31,685 nucleotides of DNA, from assembly GCA_030141605.1 (NCBI GenBank), contig JAQGDQ010001630.1, positions 1 through 31,685 on the forward strand, in the 5' to 3' direction. Source of the stretch: Tubiluchus corallicola. Taxonomy: Eukaryota > Animalia > Priapulida. Shown in pieces: positions 14,100 through 23,797 of the stretch (positions are counted from its first letter, which is position 1; each line of letters begins with the position of its first letter). The notes beneath the pieces were generated by a model, which was given only the letters and a program-made list of their open reading frames with translations, was not told where the DNA came from and made no database searches. The position numbers were made by a program, and so were the translations under genes.

Positions 14100-14829
14100 C
14101 ACAATATAAAGGCACCATTTGCGGCGATCTATACATCAAACGAAAGGTCTTGATCTAGTGTCGTGCCATTGCGGGTTTATTTTTCGAATCGGGCCCACCG
14201 CGAGGAACGGGGGGCGAAAAACCTCCAAAAATGGCCATTTTTTGGCCGATTTTTGCAAAAGTTATACGCCTGAGATCTGGAGAACGGAAATGGGCCGAGG
14301 GCGGTGGTGCTGGCTATGGATAGATGGCCCGTTCAGCGGTGTCATAGGCGTATTTAGAATTCGCGAGAGGGCCACGGCGTTCCGTAACGGGCGTTTTCCC
14401 GGACCCAACTCGCGATCGTTTTCCCGGACCCAACTCGCGATTTTTTCGAAATTTTGACCAAACAGCCTACAGGAAAAACGTTCTAGCGGCGCCTGGTGGG
14501 ACTCTCGGAAGGAGATATATGGCTCCTTAGAAAGAGGAGGAACAGGGCTACACAATGATGTGGGCTATATTTTAGGACACGTCCACTGAGAGGAGTATCG
14601 ACGAGTTAATTAGATGTTCTATTTTCGGCAATTTTCGCTTAGAAAACTGCTGACGCAAAGCCATTGTTGTGACGTCATCCTTTATACTCTGCTTATAATC
14701 TTATAGCTTTAATTCAGCATTAGCTGCTGCTGCTGGCTTTGCGTTATAAATGAGGACTGTGTAGGATGTTCGCGTATTATTGATTACACGTGTATTTATA
14801 CGCAAAATCTTTTGCGGGGCCTTTGCTAG
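14100..14829 (+). mobile_element. Non-autonomous Helitron-like element (5' boundary uncertain)
   Basis: Hairpin CGCAAAA-TC-TTTTGCG (14801-14816) lies 9 nt upstream of CTAG followed by T (14826-14830), the canonical Helitron 3' end. A GC-rich internal block at 14120-14560 contrasts with the AT-rich intron. Confidence 0.6.
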
Positions 14830-14980
14830 TTATATAAATAATATAATTAATAATAATCAAACGCTTAATTAGTAATTAATTACCAGAGATTACAGCAACC
14901 AAGAATTTTTAAATCAAACTTCATAGATGTTCAATTTGTGAAGGAATTTTTGGATTCTTAAACATTCTCTAATCATGCAG

Positions 14981-15129
14981 ATATCTGCGAGAGCTTGGTT
15001 TTGAAGAAGATGACAGCACCGGGCAATATCGACGTGACATCGAGTACAGGAACCGTGGCGATGACCACGACGATGATGATGATGATGACGAGTTTCATTT
15101 GCCTGGTCGTCGATTCTTTCTGAATTATG
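14981..15129 (+). CDS. Coding exon 3: YLRELGFEEDDSTGQYRRDIEYRNRGDDHDDDDDDDEFHLPGRRFFLNY (RGD + poly-Asp)
   Basis: Acceptor CATTCTCTAATCATGCAG|A completes the phase-2 codon ACA. The frame is open. Donor G|GTTTGT at 15130, phase 1. Too short for the ORF track. Confidence 0.88.
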
Positions 15130-15465
15130 GTTTGTAGCATTATATGTATAACTAGTTAATATTTGTGGAATGAATGACTGATTGAATGCTTCGACGATCA
15201 GTTCTTGTTAGTCAGCTAGTTGGTCAGTCAGTCAATCAGTTAGTTCAACAAACGTTCGATAAAGTTGCAGCCTGGCGTTATGCTTTCTTAAGAAACAGGT
15301 TAATTTAGTTGACAGTTTCTAAGAAAGCACAAAGAGGCTTTCACTCGTCTCTGTGTTTCTGCAAAAAATCTTTGAGACGTACGAGCAATTTCTGACGTTT
15401 TAATTTTGAAATTTCTGAAAACTAACCGCCAGTTTCTGTCTTAAAATAGCACTAAAAGTTGCATT

Positions 15466-15764
15466 TTTGTCATTGTCAGTTGACAGTTTGACATTGTCAG
15501 TTGACAGTTTGTCATTGTCAGTTGACAGTTTGTCATTGTCAGTTGACAGTTTGTCATTGTCAGTTGACAGTTTTGACATTGTCAGTTGACAGTTTGACAT
15601 TGTCAGTTGACAGTTTGACATTGTCAGTTGACAGTTTGTCATTGTCAGTTGACAGTTTGTCATTGTCAGTTGACAGTTTTGACAATGTCAGTTGACAGTT
15701 TGACATTGTCAGTTGACAGTTTGACATTGTCAGTTGACAGTTTGACATTGTCAGTTGACAGTTT
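15466..15764. repeat. 21-bp palindromic minisatellite (TTTG(A/T)CATTGTCAGTTGACAG), ~14 copies, intronic
   Basis: Direct inspection. An upstream inverted pair GCTTTCTTAAGAAAC / GTTTCTAAGAAAGC near 15282-15329 suggests it sits in a MITE-like element. Confidence 0.95.
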
Positions 15765-15854
15765 CCCCACTTCCCTCCCCTGAAATAGGCCCTGCCAGTA
15801 CATATATATAATTTAATTTAAAAACTTGTTTTCATGAAACTGAATGTTTTACAG

Positions 15855-15964
15855 GGCACCACATTAGACGTGAACACGAGGACAGACACGAAAGGCGTGA
15901 AAGATATGATGACGATGATGATGATGAGGACAGAGAAAAAGGTGATGAGTATGACAAACACGAC

Positions 15965-15996
<32 letters not shown>

Positions 15997-16854
15997 TAAA
16001 TATGAGAAGCATGAAGACGAATACGAAGATGAAAAAGCAAATGCAGAAGAAGAGTTTAGAGAATTTGCTAAACTAGTGGGTCATGAAGACCCGGTACTGA
16101 TTGAGTTTTTGACGCCTCATGGTCTGAAAGAGCATAAACCAGATGGTGGCGACGTTTACTTCATACAAGCAGAAGGCGATGATGACGAAGACGTCGGAGA
16201 CTCTAGAGGCTTTCGCCGTGGTGGGCGAGACCGAAAGGGACATCGCCGAGATTTCCGTAAAAGAGGTCAAAGAGGTCATGGTCAAAGAGGTTATGGTGAA
16301 AGAGGTCATGGTGAAAGAGGTTATGGTGATTTCCACCGCAGTCAATTTGGCGTAAAAGATGAGCATTCAGACAGCCAAGGAGCCAGACAGTACTATCAAC
16401 AATACAGGCCTAAACCTGGTGTTCATGATCAAACAACAGTTACTGCTATAGCACACTTAAAGGAGAGAAGGGGGGGTCAACCGAAGGACGAATATGGTCT
16501 AACTCTGAAGGATAGATATGGAGCTCATCAACGTCAGCCATTTTTTCGTCATGAGCAAAAGCCGTCCGTTTTTGGTGGCGGTGCCTTTGAACACGGAGGA
16601 CAGAAATTGCACGATTTTGCATCAAGAAAGAGAGCCTTTCACCAGCAGCATGGCTACCAGTCGCAGCCAGATCAAACTCAACACTATGGTTCTCAGTTCA
16701 AACCAAAGCCTCACGTAAAACAATATGGATCAAGGCATGCTGATACCGGTAAACAACAGAAGGTGCATCAAGTTTTCGGCTACTATCAACCATCTCCAGC
16801 GGAAGCCAGGGTAGAAGGCGCGTCGTCTTCTTCATTTTCCGGAGCTTTTGCTGG
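15855..16854 (+). CDS. Coding exon 4: poly-Asp/poly-Glu block, RG(H/Y)G(Q/E) pentapeptide repeats, Gln/His/Arg/Tyr-rich region
   Basis: Acceptor TGTTTTACAG|GG completes the phase-1 codon GGG. The frame is open (HHIRREHEDRHERRERYDDDDDDE...EEEEEEEEEEDKY...) and in frame with ORF 16076-16858. Donor GG|GTAAGA at 16855, phase 2. Confidence 0.92.
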
Positions 16855-16877
16855 GTAAGAACTTGATTGATTTGATA

Positions 16878-18481
16878 AATGATTGTGATAAACCTCATTG
16901 AATTAGAGGCTTGAGGCTTTTCATAGGCTTACTTTGGTAGACATGATTGTGATAAACCACATTGAATTAGAGACTTGACGTTTTTTACCGTCTTGCTTTG
17001 GTAGACATGATTGTGATAAACCACATTGATTTAGAGGCTTGAGGTTTTTCGCCGGCTTGCTTTGGTAGACATGATTGTGATAAACCACATTGAATTAGAG
17101 GCTTGAGGTTTTTTACCGGCTTACTTTGGTAGACATGATTGTGATAAACCACACTGAATTAGAGACTTGAGGTTTTTTACCGGCTTGCTTTGGTAGACAT
17201 GATTGAATTAAACCACATTGAATTAGAGACTTGAGGTTTTTCACCGGCTTACTTTGGTAGACATGATTGTGATAAACCTCATTGAATTAGAGACTTGAGG
17301 TTTTTCACCGGCTTACTTTGGTAGACATGATTGTGATAAACCACACTGAATTAGAGACTTGAGGTTTTTTACCGGCTTGCTTTGGTAGACATGATTGAAT
17401 TAAACCACATTGAATTAGAGACTTGAGGTTTTTCACCGGCTTACTTTGGTAGACATGATTGTGATAAACCACACTGAATTAGAGACTTGAGGTTTTTTAC
17501 CAGCTTGCTTTGGTAGGCATGATTGTGATAAACCACATTGAATTAGAGGCTTGACGTTTTTTACCGGCTTACTTTGGTAGACATGATTGTGATAAACCAC
17601 ACTGAATTAGAGACTTGAGGTTTTTTACCAGCTTGCTTTGGTAGGCATGATTGTGATAAACCACATTGAATTAGAGGCTTGACGTTTTTTACTGGCTTAC
17701 TTTGGTAGACATGATTGTGATAAACCACACTGAATTAGAGACTTGAGGTTTTTTACCAGCTTACTTTGGTAGACATGATTGTGATAAACCACATTGATTT
17801 AGAGGCTTGAGGTTTTTCGCCGGCTTGCTTTGGTAGACACGATTGTGATAAACCACATTGAATTAGAGACTTGACATTTTTTACCAGCTTGCTTTGGTAG
17901 ACATGATTGCGATAAACCACATTGAATTAGAGACTTGACGTTTTTTACCGGCTTACTTTGGTAGACATGATTGTGATAAACCACACTGAATTAGAGACTT
18001 GACGTTTTTTACCAGCTTGCTTTGGTAGGCATGATTGTGATAAACCACATTGAATTAGAGACTTGAGGTTTTTTACCGGCTTGCTTTGGTAGACATGATT
18101 GTGATAAACCACATTGAATTAGAGGTTTGACGTTTTTTACCGGCTTACTTTGGTAGACATGATTGTGATAAACCACATTGAATTAGAGGTTTGACGTTTT
18201 TTACCGGCTTGCTTTGGTAGACATGATTGTGATCAATCACATTGAATTAGAGGCTTGACGTTTTTTACCAGCTTGCTTTGGTAGGCATGATTGTGATAAA
18301 CCACATTGAATTAGAGGCTTGACGTTTTTTACCAGCTTGCTTTGGTAGGCATGATTGTGATAAACCACATTGAATTAGAGGTTTGACGTTTTTTACCGGC
18401 TTGCTTTGGTAGACATGATTGTGATCAATCACATTGAATTAGAGGTTTGACGTTTTTTCACCGGCTTGCTTTGGTAGACAT
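16878..18481. repeat. 64-bp intronic minisatellite, ~25 copies
   Basis: Unit GATTGTGATAAACCACA(T/C)TGAATTAGAG(A/G)CTTGA(G/C)GTTTTTTACC(G/A)GCTT(G/A)CTTTGGTAGACAT. Confidence 0.97.
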
Positions 18482-19101
18482 AATTTAGCATCGCAAAACA
18501 GGAAACTCTTAAAAAATTATCCACCTACATGTAGATTAAACGTGAGTATTCTTCACCAGAAAACGATTTCGAATCTTATCGAATTTGTGCCCTTTGAATT
18601 CGAACCAAACCGAATTTTGAGACTTCGAATCTGAAGCGAATTCAGTTTTAAATGACTTTCGAACAAATTTTTGAGTCACTAATAAAAAACGATCTTACAA
18701 AGATCATGCATATTACTTGATTTTGTTCTAGGTAAAAACACTAATAATTTGCTTAATTTTGCACAGAAATTGTGCTGATTGCATGATGTTTCAAAAGTTT
18801 TAACGACAAATAACGTATGTAGTTGAAATACAGAATTATTCGAATCTATAATTTTAGGATCAAATCGAATTCTAACTAGGAAGCTCCTTTGAGTCGAATT
18901 CGAATTCACCTCTAATGTAGATATTTTCAAGAAATTTAAGTGGATAGCAGTGGCGGCTCGTGTATAAGAACCGTGTTACTGCAGCACCCCCACTAATTTT
19001 AGCTACGAGCCACTACCGGTTGGCACCTATTACTTATTTTGTCTAGGCAGCTGTCCACGACTATAATTCTGTAAGCGATTTATTGAACATTTCTTTTCCA
19101 G

Positions 19102-20068
19102 CGAAAGTCAAAGGCGGGACAAGAGCCACACTGACGTATTTCCCAAACAGGAATCCGCTGGACCAAGCGACCAGTTTAGCTATAGATTCTTTTCTGGTTA
19201 TCAACCTGATCTGGCTCGAGGAGAATCACGGGGACACGGTGCCTTTGGCTCTGAAAGAGGCGCGTCACGAGCGAGCCCGATTAAACCAGGGGACCATGGC
19301 AGCTATGGCTCTGAAAGAGGCGCGTCACGAGTGAGCCCGATTAAACCAGGGGAACATGGCAGTTATGGGTCTGAAAGAGGTTTGTCGCAAGTGAGCCCGA
19401 TTAAACCAGGGGAACATGGCAGCTATGGGTCTGAAAGAGGCCTGTCACGAGTGAGCCCGATTAAACCAGGGGACCATAGCAGCTATGGCTCTGAAAGAGG
19501 CGTGTCACGAGTGAGCCCGATTAAACCAGGGGAACATGGCAGCTATGGCTCTGAAAGAGGCGCGTCACGAGCGAGCCCGATTAAACCAGGGGACCATGGC
19601 AGCTATGGCTCTGAAAGAGGCGTGTCGCGAGTGAGCCCGATTAAACCAGGGGAACATGGCAGTTATGGGTCTGAAAGAGGTTTGTCGCAAGTGAGCCCGA
19701 TTAAACCAGGGGAACATGGCAGCTATGGGTCTGAAAGAGGCCTGTCACGAGTGAGCCCGATTAAACCAGGGGACCATAGCAGCTATGGCTCTGAAAGAGG
19801 CGTGTCACGAGTGAGCCCGATTAAACCAGGGGACCATGGCAGCTATGGCTCTGAAAGAGGCGCGTCACGAGTGAGCCCGATTAAACCAGGGGACCATGGC
19901 AGCTATGGCTCTGAAAGAGGCAAGTCACGAGTGAGCCCGATTAAACCAGGGGAACATGGCAGCTATGGCTCTGAAAGAGACGTATCTCAAGTGAGCCCAG
20001 TTGAGCCACAAGAGCACGGTGTGTACCGAGGCGTTTACGATGGATATCCTTACATCATCTATTATTGA
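19102..20068 (+). CDS. Coding exon 5 (terminal): 12 x 20-aa SPIKPG(E/D)HGSYGSERGxSRV repeat and Tyr-rich C-terminus GVYRGVYDGYPYIIYY*
   Basis: Acceptor TTTCTTTTCCAG|C completes the phase-2 codon GGC. In frame with ORF 19331-20068. The 60-bp repeats have no indels or stops. Candidate poly(A) signals are ATTAAA 20305 and AATAAA 20414. Confidence 0.92.
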
Positions 20069-20960
20069 AAACAGAAACTACAAATTTTTGGATAGCTTGT
20101 AAGATCATTTTATGTAGTTTGACTGTACGAAAACAACTTAGCATGTAAAATGCGTAACGAAAGATTTCACTGTTTTTTTTTGAATATTGGTTATTGATTA
20201 TTGGTTATTGATAAGAAGGAATGGCTTCAACCGTGTGACAGATTTGAGATCAGCGTTGCTTTAATAATGATACAAAAACATACGTAATTTGGTGAAATAT
20301 TTTTATTAAAGCACAACAACATTATTCCTTGCGTGCTTATAAAGATCATAATAATTATTATTTTATTATACATGTAGTAAAACGAATACATATGTATGAA
20401 AATAATAAGCAAAAATAAATCAAATATAAAAACCTGTGCTTTCGTGAAACTACTACACGTACTAACTGCCTATAATTGCTAATAATAGTTACAATAATTT
20501 AAATTTAATCAACTTTCATTAATTAACAATTTTATAAAGCTTTTGTACACTATACAAATATAGCATGATTAGCATCGGTTAACATTCATAGCACTGAACA
20601 GTAAACAAAACCATTGCCAGATGGCAGCACCGCACAGCTTCAAGATTGATGGTTCTGCACGTGTAACAATGTTACAAGAGGAGCAGGTAAAAAAATTACT
20701 TATTTCGAATTTACATATCCACAGCAAAATCCGAAAGTCAAAATATTGTAACACTTCAGTATGAAATTTCAACTTGTAGGGCACTTAATTTTAATATTAT
20801 TGTAGTCTAAACTTCGTCACATTTTTTCTGCACCACCCGATATACACGCTTCTAAATAGGACGTCGTTATTTTTAGTCAATCTTGCAAAGAATATCGTCT
20901 CAGCAAAACGGTTCAAATAAGTAACTCTAAAGCAACATGGTAATAATAAAGCTAAGACCA

Positions 20961-21183
20961 TGATCATCATCATCATCATCATCATCATCATTATCATCAT
21001 CATCGTCGTCATCATCATGATCATCATCATCTTCTTCTTCATCATCATTATCATCATCGTCATCATCATCGTCATCATCTTCTTCTTCATTATCATTGTC
21101 ATCATCATCATCGTCGTCGTCGTCATCACCATCGTCATCATCGTCGTCATCATCATGAATCAATCAATCAATCAATCAATCAA
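20961..21183. repeat. (CAT/CGT/CTT)n trinucleotide microsatellite followed by (CAAT)n
   Basis: Direct inspection. Confidence 0.95.
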
Positions 21184-21652
21184 CCGGAAATTTTTTTATC
21201 GTTAGTTAGTTAGTTTATCAACTAATTTTTTCATACATGTTTTTGATCATATGCCGTCAACAGCCAAGAAAATAAAGATAATATTGCAAGCGCACATGCA
21301 CGCACGCACGCACGCACGCATATATATATATATAACACATAGCATACACAGGACTAAGGTTATCACAAAGCATTTTTCATCAATAGGCATGCTTTAAATA
21401 ACATTAATATTATTGAACGAAGCGTCATAATCATCATTATGCTTCTAATCACAGTTTTAATAATTATAGTTCTAACAACAACTGTAATAAGCCATAGTTG
21501 TAGTTCATTTATAATCATAGTTCTGACACTTGATAATGTCAATTTGGTTATGCTAGAATGAAGCTTATTGCATAGCCTCATAACCACAATAATTTTAATA
21601 ATACTAATAACAACAATAATAATAGTAAAAAAAAAATAATACATTATTAGCA

Positions 21653-21744
21653 TTGTTGTTGTTGTTGTTGCTGTTGCTGTTATTATCATCATCATTATTA
21701 CTATTATTATTATTGTTGTTGTTATTATTATTATTATTATTATT

Positions 21745-21776
<32 letters not shown>

Positions 21777-21967
21777 CGTTGTCGTTGCTGTTATTGTTGT
21801 TATTATTATTATTATTGTTATTGTTATTATTGTTATTGTTATTGTTATTGTTATTGTTATTGTTATTGTTATTGTTATTGTTATTGTTATTGTTATTGTT
21901 ATTGTTATTGTTATTGTTATTGTTATTGTTATTGTTATTGTTATTGTTGTTGTTGTTGTTGTTGTTG

Positions 21968-22017
<50 letters not shown>
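21653..22017. repeat. Compound (TTG)n/(TTA)n/(TTATTG)n microsatellite
   Basis: Direct inspection. Confidence 0.97.
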
Positions 22018-22755
22018 GAAAACAGTAAATAAACTTGTAGCACTGCGCAGTTGAGGCAATTTAAAAATTTATTAACATTTTTGCTTAATCAGAAAATTAA
22101 TCTGCCAGAAAAAATTATTTAATAAAATTCGTGTTACAAGTATGCAGGGGCCACCTGGTGTCGTTGAAACGATGTTAAAACAAAAAAATGTGAAAAACCG
22201 AAAAGCACCAAGTGGGCGGTTAATTGAGGGAAAAATCCTTTTGCCGAGCGTCGAGATGAGAACAATGATAAGTAGGCATCTCATCTTAGAAGACAGTACT
22301 CGATTGCAAACTTAGTTTCGTTGCCATTAGGTCCATTTTATCCGCGAGCAGCACGGATGTAATAAAATGGCTGAACTTTTGCCATTCTTGTTAATTATTT
22401 TTTTGTTTAAAAGTTGAACATTCAGTTTTCTTAGGTATTCATTTGCATCCATGCTGACCCACCAATGCAGAGAGGTGGAGTCATGAAAACTGCACCTGGG
22501 GTATGGTGGGGTTGACAGTGATACGGCGAGTAGTGACCTTGGTCGAACGGTCAAGGATACAGGACGTGGGTCAGAGGTGAGCATTAAATAACTCGGAAAC
22601 TGTAAGATGTAGCGTCGCGAAACTGAGAATGGTAGACGTCTGTGGTAGGTGCTCAGTCTTGATGCAATTAAAAGGTTGGGATTGCATAGGGGCCCCAGAT
22701 AAGAGCCAAAATGGTAAAAATTAGGGTAAACTGCTCTCAGTCACACAAGAAGAAA

Positions 22756-22940
22756 CCGCCCTGGATCAGGCATAGTCAAGTGATAAATTAATCGTGCACC
22801 CTGGTAACTAATCAGTAACGTCTGGACATACCGCAGTGGACCAGACATAGTCAAGTGATAAATATTTCCGAGCATTCTGAACATTATCAGTCACACATGA
22901 ACAGACCGCACTGGACCAGGCATAGTCAAGTGCTGATAAA
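22756..22940. repeat. Degenerate ~74-75-bp tandem repeat, 3 copies with a conserved ~34-bp core
   Basis: ACCGC..TGGA.CAG.CATAGTCAAGTG(CTG)ATAAA at 22756, 22830 and 22905. Confidence 0.8.
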
Positions 22941-23797
22941 CATCTGAAGTCATTCAGTCTTATTTCACACAGAACGCAATCAGCTAGATACACCAGCTTT
23001 CGTCTTAAAGATAACTAGGCAATCCAGTCGTAAATATGGTAAAATACTCCACAATCCATTTACTTAATAAGTGGAGTGAGTCGTGGACTGGGCGTGGAGG
23101 ATAAGACTCCACAATAAAAATAGCGAGACTACAAAAACGGTCATGATATTGCAAAAGTTTCCAAACGCTGAAAAAACATTGTCTCGACGCTAGCTCCATC
23201 TCACGGGATTTTTACGAGTTTATAAACATGATACGATGAGCACTAAGGAAATTAAAGCACTTTTCGTTATTACGTTTGATAATTATATAATTACGCGCAA
23301 AAGCTGATGTTTCATAATTATGTGCAAAAGAGGCGTTCTTGAGAATAATGAATAATCAACGCATGACACATTTGCACGTGTAAAGTATGCTAAACACACT
23401 TGATGCTGCATAGTGCGTCTCTATCCTGCCTGGCAACTGTTTATTGCTAGTTAAATTATTACTTGGATAAGCATTTCGATAAACGCGTTCACTGCCTTGG
23501 TTTGAACACTGCGCATGTCAGCAACAATTACTGCGCATGCGCATGTGAAAATTGTGCTTAATTATCGACGACGTTGGCTACAAAATGGTATGAAAATGTC
23601 AGTTTGCAAATGTATTCCGAATCACTGAATCACTTGATCACGTTCCTTGCTTTTGGCGCCACCTGTTGGTCATTTTACTAACTAACAATAATCTGCTCTT
23701 TCCACGCTGATGGGTATCCAGAGCTCGCAGCACTTTCGCAGGTTTTTTCTTTATAAAATTACCCGACAGATGTCGCTAGATGCATGGATTACGTTTG

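Noticed and set aside
14119-14555. GC-rich ORFs of 112 and 97 aa
   Set aside because: No recognisable protein features. The region has short direct repeats and palindromes typical of TE-internal sequence and ends in a Helitron-like terminus.
18948-19018. Tiny hAT-like MITE (CAGTGGCGGCTCGT...ACGAGCCACTACCG)
   Set aside because: The TIR match is only 11/14 and there is no target-site duplication; too weak to call.
10298-20068. Homology to vertebrate SCPP/SIBLING genes, or a neuropeptide precursor
   Set aside because: Intron phases are 0, 2, 1, 2 rather than all 0, and no sequence similarity is recognised. The repeats lack the G-K/R-R amidation and cleavage pattern of neuropeptide precursors.
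20927-21163. Minus-strand poly-Asp ORF as an acidic biomineralization exon
   Set aside because: Tempting given the context, but it is a (CAT)n microsatellite abutting (CAAT)n with no convincing splice sites. It also lies downstream of the minus-strand gene's stop and poly(A) signal.
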